Both the position numbers and the translations under genes were made by a program. Below, piece after piece: positions 23,171-37,700 of a stretch of 64,000 nucleotides of DNA (within the stretch, counting starts at the first letter, position 1; every line of letters starts with the position of its first letter). Origin of the DNA: Auanema rhodensis (lineage: Eukaryota > Animalia > Nematoda); the NCBI GenBank assembly GCA_964057225.1, contig OZ059894.1, positions 1,612,001 to 1,676,000 of the forward strand, given 5' to 3'. The notes under the pieces were generated by a model, which worked only from the letters and a program-made list of their open reading frames with translations, was not told where the DNA came from and searched no databases.

Positions 23171-26100
23171 GCTTAATACAAAAATTAGTTATGATCGTTT
23201 GAAAAATGATGCATTAGTGTATGTTGAGTTTCCATGTACACTCAACATAGCTTCCAAAAACATTTTGACAAAAATTTTTTCGAAAAATTTCAGAATAATT
23301 TAGCAAAAAGTAGATGTTTTTAGATTCCTTTTTTCAAGGCAAAGACGATGGACAATGTTATTCAACGAAAAAATTAATTCTTCAGGGTGAAAATCGAGGA
23401 TATAAGTGTGAACTTATATCAGTTGATATCTCGGTGCATTTTTAAGCTAGCGCAAATCTGATAACACAGATCGACGCAGCTTGAAAATCCGCATCGAATG
23501 CACTATACTACATTGAGGAACGCTTAATACAAAAATTAGTTATGATCGTTTGAAAAATGATGCATTAGTGTATGTTGAGTTTCCATGTACACTCAACATA
23601 GCTTCCAAAAACATTTTGACAAAAATTTTTTCGAAAAATTTCAGAATAATTTAGCAAAAAGTAGATGTTTTTAGATTTCTTTTTTTAAGGCAAAGACGAT
23701 GGACAATGTTATTCAACGAAAAAATTAATTCTTCAGGGTGAAAATCGAGGATATAAGTGTGAACTTATATCAGTTGATATCTCGGTGCATTTTTAAGCTA
23801 GCGCAAATCTGATAACACAGATCGACGCAGCTTGAAAATCCGCATCGAATGCACTATACTACTTTGAGAAACGCTTAATACAAAAATTAGTTATGATCGT
23901 TTGAAAAATGATGCATTAGTGTATGTTGAGTTTCCATGTACACTCAACATTGCTTCCAAAAACATTTTGACAAAAATTTTTTCGAAAAATTTCAGAATAT
24001 TTTAGCAAAAAGTAGATGTTTTTAGATTCCTTTTTTCAAGGCAAAGACGATGGACAATGTTATTCAACGAAAAAATTAATTCTTCAGGGTGAAAATCGAG
24101 GATATAAGTGTGAACTTATATCAGTTGATATCTCGGTGCATTTTTAAGCTAGCGCAAATCTGATAACACAGATCGACGCAGCTTGAAAATCCGCATCGAA
24201 TGCACTATACTACATTGAGGAACGCTTAATACAAAAATTAGTTATGATCGTTTGAAAAATGATGCATTAGTGTATGTTGAGTTTCCATGTACACTCAACA
24301 TAGCTTCCAAAAACATTTTGACAAAAATTTTTTCGAAAAATTTCAGAATAATTTAGCAAAAAGTAGATGTTTTTAGATTTCTTTTTTTAAGGCAAAGACG
24401 ATGGACAATGTTATTCAACGAAAAAATTAATTCTTCAGGGTGAAAATCGAGGATATAAGTGTGAACTTATATCAGTTGATATCTCGGTGCATTTTTAAGC
24501 TAGCGCAAATCTGATAACACAGATCGACGCAGCTTAAAAATCCGCATCGAATGCACTATACTACATTGAGGAACGCTTAATACAAAAATTAGTTATGATC
24601 GTTTGAAAAATGATGCATTAGTGTATGTTGAGTTTCCATGTACACTCAACATTGCTTCCAAAAACATTTTGACAAAAATTTTTTCGAAAAATTTCAGAAT
24701 AATTTAGCAAAAAGTAGATGTTTTTAGATTTCTTTTTTTAAGGCAAAGACGATGGACAATGTTATTCAACGAAAAAATTAATTCTTCAGGGTGAAAATCG
24801 AGGATATAAGTGTGAACTTATATCAGTTGATATCTCGGTGCATTTTTAAGCTAGCGCAAATCTGATAACACAGATCGACGCAGCTTGAAAATCCGCATCG
24901 AATGCACTATACTACTTTGAGAAACGCTTAATACAAAAATTAGTTATGATCGTTTGAAAAATGATGCATTAGTGTATGTTGAGTTTCCATGTACACTCAA
25001 CATTGCTTCCAAAAACATTTTGACAAAAATTTTTTCGAAAAATTTCAGAATATTTTAGCAAAAAGTAGATGTTTTTAGATTCCTTTTTTCAAGGCAAAGA
25101 CGATGGACAATGTTATTCAACAAAAAAATTAATTCTTCAGGGTGAAAATCGAGGATATAAGTGTGAACTTATATCAGTTGATATCTCGGTGCATTTTTAA
25201 GCTAGCGCAAATCTGATAACACAGATCGACGCAGCTTGAAAATCCGCATCGAATGCACTATACTACATTGAGGAACGCTTAATACAAAAATTAGTTATGA
25301 TCGTTTGAAAAATGATGCATTAGTGTATGTTGAGTTTCCATGTACACTCAACATAGCTTCCAAAAACATTTTGACAAAAATTTTTTCGAAAAATTTCAGA
25401 ATAATTTAGCAAAAAGTAGATGTTTTTAGATTTCTTTTTTTAAGGCAAAGACGATGGACAATGTTATTCAACGAAAAAATTAATTCTTCAGGGTGAAAAT
25501 CGAGGATATAAGTGTGAACTTATATCAGTTGATATCTCGGTGCATTTTTAAGCTAGCGCAAATCTGATAACACAGATCGACGCAGCTTAAAAATCCGCAT
25601 CGAATGCACTATACTACATTGAGGAACGCTTAATACAAAAATTAGTTATGATCGTTTGAAAAATGATGCATTAGTGTATGTTGAGTTTCCATGTACACTC
25701 AACATTGCTTCCAAAAACATTTTGACAAAAATTTTTTCGAAAAATTTCAGAATAATTTAGCAAAAAGTAGATGTTTTTAGATTCCTTTTTTCAAGGCAAA
25801 GACGATGGACAATGTTATTCAACGAAAAAATTAATTCTTCAGGGTGAAAATCGAGGATATAAGTGTGAACTTATATCAGTTGATATCTCGGTGCATTTTT
25901 AAGCTAGCGCAAATCTGATAACACAGATCGACGCAGCTTGAAAATCCGCATCGAATGCACTATACTACTTTGAGAAACGCTTAATACAAAAATTAGTTAT
26001 GATCGTTTGAAAAATGATGCATTAGTGTATGTTGAGTTTCCATGTACACTCAACATTGCTTCCAAAAACATTTTGACAAAAATTTTTTCGAAAAATTTCA

Positions 26101-29100
26101 GAATATTTTAGCAAAAAGTAGATGTTTTTAGATTCCTTTTTTCAAGGCAAAGACGATGGACAATGTTATTCAACGAAAAAATTAATTCTTCAGGGTGAAA
26201 ATCGAGGATATAAGTGTGAACTTATATCAGTTGATATCTCGGTGCATTTTTAAGCTAGCGCAAATCTGATAACACAGATCGACGCAGCTTGAAAATCCGC
26301 ATCGAATGCACTATACTACTTTGAGAAACGCTTAATACAAAAATTAGTTATGATCGTTTGAAAAATGATGCATTAGTGTATGTTGAGTTTCCATGTACAC
26401 TCAACATTGCTTCCAAAAACATTTTGACAAAAATTTTTTCGAAAAATTTCAGAATATTTTAGCAAAAAGTAGATGTTTTTAGATTTCTTTTTTTAAGGCA
26501 AAGACGATGGACAATGTTATTCAACGAAAAAATTAATTCTTCAGGGTGAAAATCGAGGATATAAGTGTGAACTTATATCAGTTGATATCTCGGTGCATTT
26601 TTAAGCTAGCGCAAATCTGATAACACAGATCGACGCAGCTTAAAAATCCGCATCGAATGCACTATACTACATTGAGGAACGCTTAATACAAAAATTAGTT
26701 ATGATCGTTTGAAAAATGATGCATTAGTGTATGTTGAGTTTCCATGTACACTCAACATTGCTTCCAAAAACATTTTGACAAAAATTTTTTCGAAAAATTT
26801 CAGAATAATTTAGCAAAAAGTAGATGTTTTTAGATTCCTTTTTTCAAGGCAAAGACGATGGACAATGTTATTCAACGAAAAAATTAATTCTTCAGGGTGA
26901 AAATCGAGGATATAAGTGTGAACTTATATCAGTTGATATCTCGGTGCATTTTTAAGCTAGCGCAAATCTGATAACACAGATCGACGCAGCTTGAAAATCC
27001 GCATCGAATGCACTATACTACTTTGAGAAACGCTTAATACAAAAATTAGTTATGATCGTTTGAAAAATGATGCATTAGTGTATGTTGAGTTTCCATGTAC
27101 ACTCAACATTGCTTCCAAAAACATTTTGACAAAAATTTTTTCGAAAAATTTCAGAATATTTTAGCAAAAAGTAGATGTTTTTAGATTCCTTTTTTCAAGG
27201 CAAAGACGATGGACAATGTTATTCAACGAAAAAATTAATTCTTCAGGGTGAAAATCGAGGATATAAGTGTGAACTTATATCAGTTGATATCTCGGTGCAT
27301 TTTTAAGCTAGCGCAAATCTGATAACACAGATCGACGCAGCTTGAAAATCCGCATCGAATGCACTATACTACATTGAGGAACGCTTAATACAAAAATTAG
27401 TTATGATCGTTTGAAAAATGATGCATTAGTGTATGTTGAGTTTCCATGTACACTCAACATAGCTTCCAAAAACATTTTGACAAAAATTTTTTCGAAAAAT
27501 TTCAGAATAATTTAGCAAAAAGTAGATGTTTTTAGATTTCTTTTTTTAAGGCAAAGACGATGGACAATGTTATTCAACGAAAAAATTAATTCTTCAGGGT
27601 GAAAATCGAGGATATAAGTGTGAACTTATATCAGTTGATATCTCGGTGCATTTTTAAGCTAGCGCAAATCTGATAACACAGATCGACGCAGCTTAAAAAT
27701 CCGCATCGAATGCACTATACTACATTGAGGAACGCTTAATACAAAAATTAGTTATGATCGTTTGAAAAATGATGCATTAGTGTATGTTGAGTTTCCATGT
27801 ACACTCAACATTGCTTCCAAAAACATTTTGACAAAAATTTTTTCGAAAAATTTCAGAATAATTTAGCAAAAAGTAGATGTTTTTAGATTTCTTTTTTTAA
27901 GGCAAAGACGATGGACAATGTTATTCAACGAAAAAATTAATTCTTCAGGGTGAAAATCGAGGATATAAGTGTGAACTTATATCAGTTGATATCTCGGTGC
28001 ATTTTTAAGCTAGCGCAAATCTGATAACACAGATCGACGCAGCTTGAAAATCCGCATCGAATGCACTATACCACTTTGAGAAACGCTTAATACAAAAATT
28101 AGTTATGATCGTTTGAAAAATGATGCATTAGTGTATGTTGAGTTTCCATGTACACTCAACATTGCTTCCAAAAACATTTTGACAAAAATTTTTTCGAAAA
28201 ATTTCAGAATAATTTAGCAAAAAGTAGATGTTTTTAGATTCCTTTTTTCAAGGCAAAGACGATGGACAATGTTATTCAACGAAAAAATTAATTCTTCAGG
28301 GTGAAAATCGAGGATATAAGTGTGAACTTATATCAGTTGATATCTCGGTGCATTTTTAAGCTAGCGCAAATCTGATAACACAGATCGACGCAGCTTGAAA
28401 ATCCGCATCGAATGCACTATACTACTTTGAGAAACGCTTAATACAAAAATTAGTTATGATCGTTTGAAAAATGATGCATTAGTGTATGTTGAGTTTCCAT
28501 GTACACTCAACATTGCTTCCAAAAACATTTTGACAAAAATTTTTTCGAAAAATTTCAGAATATTTTAGCAAAAAGTAGATGTTTTTAGATTCCTTTTTTC
28601 AAGGCAAAGACGATGGACAATGTTATTCAACGAAAAAATTAATTCTTCAGGGTGAAAATCGAGGATATAAGTGTGAACTTATATCAGTTGATATCTCGGT
28701 GCATTTTTAAGCTAGCGCAAATCTGATAACACAGATCGACGCAGCTTGAAAATCCGCATCGAATGCACTATACTACTTTGAGAAACGCTTAATACAAAAA
28801 TTAGTTATGATCGTTTGAAAAATGATGCATTAGTGTATGTTGAGTTTCCATGTACACTCAACATTGCTTCCAAAAACATTTTGACAAAAATTTTTTCGAA
28901 AAATTTCAGAATATTTTAGCAAAAAGTAGATGTTTTTAGATTCCTTTTTTCAAGGCAAAGACGATGGACAATGTTATTCAACGAAAAAATTAATTCTTCA
29001 GGGTGAAAATCGAGGATATAAGTGTGAACTTATATCAGTTGATATCTCGGTGCATTTTTAAGCTAGCGCAAATCTGATAACACAGATCGACGCAGCTTGA

Positions 29101-32100
29101 AAATCCGCATCGAATGCACTATACTACTTTGAGAAACGCTTGATACAAAAATTAGTTATGATCGTTTGAAAAATGATGCATTAGTGTATGTTGAGTTTCC
29201 ATGTACACTCAACATTGCTTCCAAAAACATTTTGACAAAAATTTTTTCGAAAAATTTCAGAATAATTTAGCAAAAAGTAGATGTTTTTAGATTCCTTTTT
29301 TCAAGGCAAAGACGATGGACAATGTTATTCAACGAAAAAATTAATTCTTCAGGGTGAAAATCGAGGATATAAGTGTGAACTTATATCAGTTGATATCTCG
29401 GTGCATTTTTAAGCTAGCGCAAATCTGATAACACAGATCGACGCAGCTTGAAAATCCGCATCGAATGCACTATACTACTTTGAGAAACGTTTAATACAAA
29501 AATTAGTTATGATCGTTTGAAAAATGATGCATTAGTGTATGTTGAGTTTCCATGTACACTCAACATAGCTTCCAAAAACATTTTGACAAAAATTTTTTCG
29601 AAAAATTTCAGAATAATTTAGCAAAAAGTAGATGTTTTTAGATTTCTTTTTTTAAGGCAAAGACGATGGACAATGTTATTCAACGAAAAAATTAATTCTT
29701 CAGGGTGAAAATCGAGGATATAAGTGTGAACTTATATCAGTTGATATCTCGGTGCATTTTTAAGCTAGCGCAAATCTGATAACACAGATCGACGCAGCTT
29801 GAAAATCCGCATCGAATGCACTATACTACTTTGAGAAACGCTTAATACAAAAATTAGTTATGATCGTTTGAAAAATGATGCATTAGTGTATGTTGAGTTT
29901 CCATGTACACTCAACATTGCTTCCAAAAACATTTTGACAAAAATTTTTTCGAAAAATTTCAGAATATTTTAGCAAAAAGTAGATGTTTTTAGATTCCTTT
30001 TTTCAAGGCAAAGACGATGGACAATGTTATTCAACGAAAAAATTAATTCTTCAGGGTGAAAATCGAGGATATAAGTGTGAACTTATATCAGTTGATATCT
30101 CGGTGCATTTTTAAGCTAGCGCAAATCTGATAACACAGATCGACGCAGCTTGAAAATCCGCATCGAATGCACTATACTACATTGAGGAACGCTTAATACA
30201 AAAATTAGTTATGATCGTTTGAAAAATGATGCATTAGTGTATGTTGAGTTTCCATGTACACTCAACATAGCTTCCAAAAACATTTTGACAAAAATTTTTT
30301 CGAAAAATTTCAGAATAATTTAGCAAAAAGTAGATGTTTTTAGATTTCTTTTTTTGAGGCAAAGACGATGGACAATGTTATTCAACGAAAAAATTAATTC
30401 TTCAGGGTGAAAATCGAGGATATAAGTGTGAACTTATATCAGTTGATATCTCGGTGCATTTTTAAGCTAGCGCAAATCTGATAACACAGATCGACGCAGC
30501 TTAAAAATCCGCATCGAATGCACTATACTACATTGAGGAACGCTTAATACAAAAATTAGTTATGATCGTTTGAAAAATGATGCATTAGTGTATGTTGAGT
30601 TTCCATGTACACTCAACATTGCTTCCAAAAACATTTTGACAAAAATTTTTTCGAAAAATTTCAGAATAATTTAGCAAAAAGTAGATGTTTTTAGATTTCT
30701 TTTTTTAAGGCAAAGACGATGGACAATGTTATTCAACGAAAAAATTAATTCTTCAGGGTGAAAATCGAGGATATAAGTGTGAACTTATATCAGTTGATAT
30801 CTCGGTGCATTTTTAAGCTAGCGCAAATCTGATAACACAGATCGACGCAGCTTGAAAATCCGCATCGAATGCACTATACTACTTTGAGAAACGCTTAATA
30901 CAAAAATTAGTTATGATCGTTTGAAAAATGATGCATTAGTGTATGTTGAGTTTCCATGTACACTCAACATTGCTTCCAAAAACATTTTGACAAAAATTTT
31001 TTCGAAAAATTTCAGAATATTTTAGCAAAAAGTAGATGTTTTTAGATTCCTTTTTTCAAGGCAAAGACGATGGACAATGTTATTCAACGAAAAAATTAAT
31101 TCTTCAGGGTGAAAATCGAGGATATAAGTGTGAACTTATATCAGTTGATATCTCGGTGCATTTTTAAGCTAGCGCAAATCTGATAACACAGATCGACGCA
31201 GCTTGAAAATCCGCATCGAATGCACTATACTACTTTGAGAAACGCTTAATACAAAAATTAGTTATGATCGTTTGAAAAATGATGCATTAGTGTATGTTGA
31301 GTTTCCATGTACACTCAACATTGCTTCCAAAAACATTTTGACAAAAATTTTTTCGAAAAATTTCAGAATATTTTAGCAAAAAGTAGATGTTTTTAGATTC
31401 CTTTTTTCAAGGCAAAGACGATGGACAATGTTATTCAACGAAAAAATTAATTCTTCAGGGTGAAAATCGAGGATATAAGTGTGAACTTATATCAGTTGAT
31501 ATCTCGGTGCATTTTTAAGCTAGCGCAAATCTGATAACACAGATCGACGCAGCTTGAAAATCCGCATCGAATGCACTATACTACATTGAGGAACGCTTAA
31601 TACAAAAATTAGTTATGATCGTTTGAAAAATGATGCATTAGTGTATGTTGAGTTTCCATGTACACTCAACATAGCTTCCAAAAACATTTTGACAAAAATT
31701 TTTTCGAAAAATTTCAGAATAATTTAGCAAAAAGTAGATGTTTTTAGATTTCTTTTTTTGAGGCAAAGACGATGGACAATGTTATTCAACGAAAAAATTA
31801 ATTCTTCAGGGTGAAAATCGAGGATATAAGTGTGAACTTATATCAGTTGATATCTCGGTGCATTTTTAAGCTAGCGCAAATCTGATAACACAGATCGACG
31901 CAGCTTAAAAATCCGCATCGAATGCACTATACTACATTGAGGAACGCTTAATACAAAAATTAGTTATGATCGTTTGAAAAATGATGCATTAGTGTATGTT
32001 GAGTTTCCATGTACACTCAACATTGCTTCCAAAAACATTTTGACAAAAATTTTTTCGAAAAATTTCAGAATAATTTAGCAAAAAGTAGATGTTTTTAGAT

Positions 32101-34753
32101 TTCTTTTTTTAAGGCAAAGACGATGGACAATGTTATTCAACGAAAAAATTAATTCTTCAGGGTGAAAATCGAGGATATAAGTGTGAACTTATATCAGTTG
32201 ATATCTCGGTGCATTTTTAAGCTAGCGCAAATCTGATAACACAGATCGACGCAGCTTGAAAATCCGCATCGAATGCACTATACTACTTTGAGAAACGCTT
32301 AATACAAAAATTAGTTATGATCGTTTGAAAAATGATGCATTAGTGTATGTTGAGTTTCCATGTACACTCAACATTGCTTCCAAAAACATTTTGACAAAAA
32401 TTTTTTCGAAAAATTTCAGAATATTTTAGCAAAAAGTAGATGTTTTTAGATTCCTTTTTTCAAGGCAAAGACGATGGACAATGTTATTCAACGAAAAAAT
32501 TAATTCTTCAGGGTGAAAATCGAGGATATAAGTGTGAACTTATATCAGTTGATATCTCGGTGCATTTTTAAGCTAGCGCAAATCTGATAACACAGATCGA
32601 CGCAGCTTGAAAATCCGCATCGAATGCACTATACTACTTTGAGAAACGCTTAATACAAAAATTAGTTATGATCGTTTGAAAAATGATGCATTAGTGTATG
32701 TTGAGTTTCCATGTACACTCAACATTGCTTCCAAAAACATTTTGACAAAAATTTTTTCGAAAAATTTCAGAATAATTTAGCAAAAAGTAGATGTTTTTAG
32801 ATTCCTTTTTTCAAGGCAAAGACGATGGACAATGTTATTCAACGAAAAAATTAATTCTTCAGGGTGAAAATCGAGGATATAAGTGTGAACTTATATCAGT
32901 TGATATCTCGGTGCATTTTTAAGCTAGCGCAAATCTGATAACACAGATCGACGCAGCTTGAAAATCCGCATCGAATGCACTATACTACTTTGAGAAACGT
33001 TTAATACAAAAATTAGTTATGATCGTTTGAAAAATGATGCATTAGTGTATGTTGAGTTTCCATGTACACTCAACATAGCTTCCAAAAACATTTTGACAAA
33101 AATTTTTTCGAAAAATTTCAGAATAATTTAGCAAAAAGTAGATGTTTTTAGATTTCTTTTTTTAAGGCAAAGACGATGGACAATGTTATTCAACGAAAAA
33201 ATTAATTCTTCAGGGTGAAAATCGAGGATATAAGTGTGAACTTATATCAGTTGATATCTCGGTGCATTTTTAAGCTAGCGCAAATCTGATAACACAGATC
33301 GACGCAGCTTGAAAATCCGCATCGAATGCACTATACTACTTTGAGAAACGCTTAATACAAAAATTAGTTATGATCGTTTGAAAAATGATGCATTAGTGTA
33401 TGTTGAGTTTCCATGTACACTCAACATTGCTTCCAAAAACATTTTGACAAAAATTTTTTCGAAAAATTTCAGAATATTTTAGCAAAAAGTAGATGTTTTT
33501 AGATTCCTTTTTTCAAGGCAAAGACGATGGACAATGTTATTCAACGAAAAAATTAATTCTTCAGGGTGAAAATCGAGGATATAAGTGTGAACTTATATCA
33601 GTTGATATCTCGGTGCATTTTTAAGCTAGCGCAAATCTGATAACACAGATCGACGCAGCTTGAAAATCCGCATCGAATGCACTATACTACATTGAGGAAC
33701 GCTTAATACAAAAATTAGTTATGATCGTTTGAAAAATGATGCATTAGTGTATGTTGAGTTTCCATGTACACTCAACATAGCTTCCAAAAACATTTTGACA
33801 AAAATTTTTTCGAAAAATTTCAGAATAATTTAGCAAAAAGTAGATGTTTTTAGATTTCTTTTTTTGAGGCAAAGACGATGGACAATGTTATTCAACGAAA
33901 AAATTAATTCTTCAGGGTGAAAATCGAGGATATAAGTGTGAACTTATATCAGTTGATATCTCGGTGCATTTTTAAGCTAGCGCAAATCTGATAACACAGA
34001 TCGACGCAGCTTGAAAATCCGCATCGAATGCACTATACTACATTGAGGAACGCTTAATACAAAAATTAGTTATGATCGTTTGAAAAATGATGCATTAGTG
34101 TATGTTGAGTTTCCATGTACACTCAACATAGCTTCCAAAAACATTTTGACAAAAATTTTTTCGAAAAATTTCAGAATAATTTAGCAAAAAGTAGATGTTT
34201 TTAGATTTCTTTTTTTGAGGCAAAGACGATGGACAATGTTATTCAACGAAAAAATTAATTCTTCAGGGTGAAAATCGAGGATATAAGTGTGAACTTATAT
34301 CAGTTGATATCTCGGTGCATTTTTAAGCTAGCGCAAATCTGATAACACAGATCGACGCAGCTTAAAAATCCGCATCGAATGCACTATACTACATTGAGGA
34401 ACGCTTAATACAAAAATTAGTTATGATCGTTTGAAAAATGATGCATTAGTGTATGTTGAGTTTCCATGTACACTCAACATTGCTTCCAAAAACATTTTGA
34501 CAAAAATTTTTTCGAAAAATTTCAGAATAATTTAGCAAAAAGTAGAAGTTTTTAGATTCCTTTTTTCAAGGCAAAGACGATGGACAATGTTATTCAACGA
34601 AAAAATTAATTCTTCAGGGTGAAAATCGAGGATATAAGTGTGAACTTATATCAGTTGATATCTCGGTGCATTTTTAAGCTAGCGCAAATCTGATAACACA
34701 GATCGACGCAGCTTGAAAATCCGCATCGAATGCACTATACTACTTTGAGAAAC
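23171..34753 (+). repeat. Variant domain A2: G123/A136 monomers with irregular 3-, 4- and 10-mer duplications
   Basis: All monomers read TTCAGAATA and GCAAAAAG. T128 is frequent. A rare T2 allele occurs at 29490 and 33000, exactly 10 monomers apart. Confidence 0.8.
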
Positions 34754-37700
34754 GCTTAATACAAAAATTAGTTATGATCGTTTGAAAAATGATGCATTAG
34801 TGTATGTTGAGTTTCCATGTACACTCAACATTGCTTCCAAAAACATTTTGACAAAAATTTTTTCGAAAAATTTCAAATTAATTTAGCAGAAAGTATATGT
34901 TTTTAGATTCCTTTTTTCAAGGCAAAGACGATGGACAATGTTATTCAACGAAAAAATTAATTCTTCAGGGTGAAAATCGAGGATATAAGTGTGAACTTAT
35001 ATCAGTTGATATCTCGGTGCATTTTTAAGCTAGCGCAAATCTGATAACACAGATCGACGCAGCTTAAAAATCCGCATCGAATGCACTATACTACATTGAG
35101 GAACACTTAATACAAAAAATTAGTTATGATCGTTTGAAAAATGATGCATTAGTGTATGTTGAGTTTCCATGTACACTCAACATTGCTTCCAAAAACATTT
35201 TGACAAAAATTTTTTCGAAAAATTTCAGAATAATTTAGCAAAAAGTAGATGTTTTTAGATTCCTTTTTTCAAGGCAAAGACGATGGACAATGTTATTCAA
35301 CGAAAAAATTAATTCTTCAGGGTGAAAATCGAGGATATAAGTGTGAACTTATATCAGTTGATATCTCGGTGCATTTTTAAGCTAGCGCAAATCTGATAAC
35401 ACAGATCGACGCAGCTTGAAAATCCGCATCGAATGCACTATACTACTTTGAGAAACGCTTAATACAAAAATTAGTTATGATCGTTTGAAAAATGATGCAT
35501 TAGTGTATGTTGAGTTTCCATGTACACTCAACATTGCTTCCAAAAACATTTTGACAAAAATTTTTTCGAAAAATTTCAAATCAATTTAGCAGAAAGTATA
35601 TGTTTTTAGATTCCTTTTTTCAAGGCAAAGACGATGGACAATGTTATTCAACGAAAAAATTAATTCTTCAGGGTGAAAATCGAGGATATAAGTGTGAACT
35701 TATATCAGTTGATATCTCGGTGCATTTTTAAGCTAGCGCAAATCTGATAACACAGATCGACGCAGCTTAAAAATCCGCATCGAATGCACTATACTACATT
35801 GAGGAACGCTTAATACAAAAATTAGTTATGATCGTTTGAAAAATGATGCATTAGTGTATGTTGAGTTTCCATGTACACTCAACATTGCTTCCAAAAACAT
35901 TTTGACAAAAATTTTTTCGAAAAATTTCAAAATAATTTAGCAAAAAGTAGATGTTTTTAGATTTCTTTTTTCAAGGCAAAGACGATGGACAATGTTATTC
36001 AACGGAAAAATTAATTCTTCAGGGTGAAAATCGGGGATATATGTGTGAACTTATATCAGTTGATATCTCGGTGCATTTTTAAGCTAGCGCAAATCTGATA
36101 ACACAGATCGACGCAGCTTGAAAATCCGCATCGAATGCACTATACTACTTTGAGAAACGCTTAATACAAAAATTAGTTATGATCGTTTGAAAAATGATGC
36201 ATTAGTGTATGTTGAGTTTCCATGTACACTCAACATTGCTTCCAAAAACATTTTGACAAAAATTTTTTCGAAAAATTTCAAAATAATTTAGCAAAAAGTA
36301 GATGTTTTTAGATTCCTTTTTTCAAGGCAAAGACGATGGACAATGTTATTCAACGAAAAAATTAATTCTTCAGGGTGAAAATCGAGGATATAAGTGTGAA
36401 CTTATATCAGTTGATATCTCGGTGCATTTTTAAGCTAGCGCAAATCTGATAACACAGATCGACGCAGCTTGAAAATCCGCATCGAATGCACTATACTACT
36501 TTGAGAAACGCTTAATACAAAAATTAGTTATGATCGTTTGAAAAATGATGCATTAGTGTATGTTGAGTTTCCATGTACACTCAACATTGCTTCCAAAAAC
36601 ATTTTGACAAAAATTTTTTCGAAAAATTTCAAATCAATTTAGCAGAAAGTATATGTTTTTAGATTCCTTTTTTCAAGGCAAAGACGATGGACAATGTTAT
36701 TCAACGAAAAAATTAATTCTTCAGGGTGAAAATCGAGGATATAAGTGTGAACTTATATCAGTTGATATCTCGGTGCATTTTTAAGCTAGCGCAAATCTGA
36801 TAACACAGATCGACGCAGCTTAAAAATCCGCATCGAATGCACTATACTACATTGAGGAACGCTTAATACAAAAATTAGTTATGATCGTTTGAAAAATGAT
36901 GCATTAGTGTATGTTGAGTTTCCATGTACACTCAACATTGCTTCCAAAAACATTTTGACAAAAATTTTTTCGAAAAATTTCAAAATAATTTAGCAAAAAG
37001 TAGATGTTTTTAGATTTCTTTTTTCAAGGCAAAGACGATGGACAATGTTATTCAACGGAAAAATTAATTCTTCAGGGTGAAAATCGGGGATATATGTGTG
37101 AACTTATATCAGTTGATATCTCGGTGCATTTTTAAGCTAGCGCAAATCTGATAACACAGATCGACGCAGCTTGAAAATCCGCATCGAATGCACTATACTA
37201 CTTTGAGAAACGCTTAATACAAAAATTAGTTATGATCGTTTGAAAAATGATGCATTAGTGTATGTTGAGTTTCCATGTACACTCAACATTGCTTCCAAAA
37301 ACATTTTGACAAAAATTTTTTCGAAAAATTTCAAAATAATTTAGCAAAAAGTAGATGTTTTTAGATTCCTTTTTTCAAGGCAAAGACGATGGACAATGTT
37401 ATTCAACGAAAAAATTAATTCTTCAGGGTGAAAATCGAGGATATAAGTGTGAACTTATATCAGTTGATATCTCGGTGCATTTTTAAGCTAGCGCAAATCT
37501 GATAACACAGATCGACGCAGCTTGAAAATCCGCATCGAATGCACTATACTACTTTGAGAAACGCTTAATACAAAAATTAGTTATGATCGTTTGAAAAATG
37601 ATGCATTAGTGTATGTTGAGTTTCTATGTACACTCAACATTGCTTCCAAAAACATTTTGACAAAAATTTTTTCGAAAAATTTCAAATTAATTTAGCAGAA

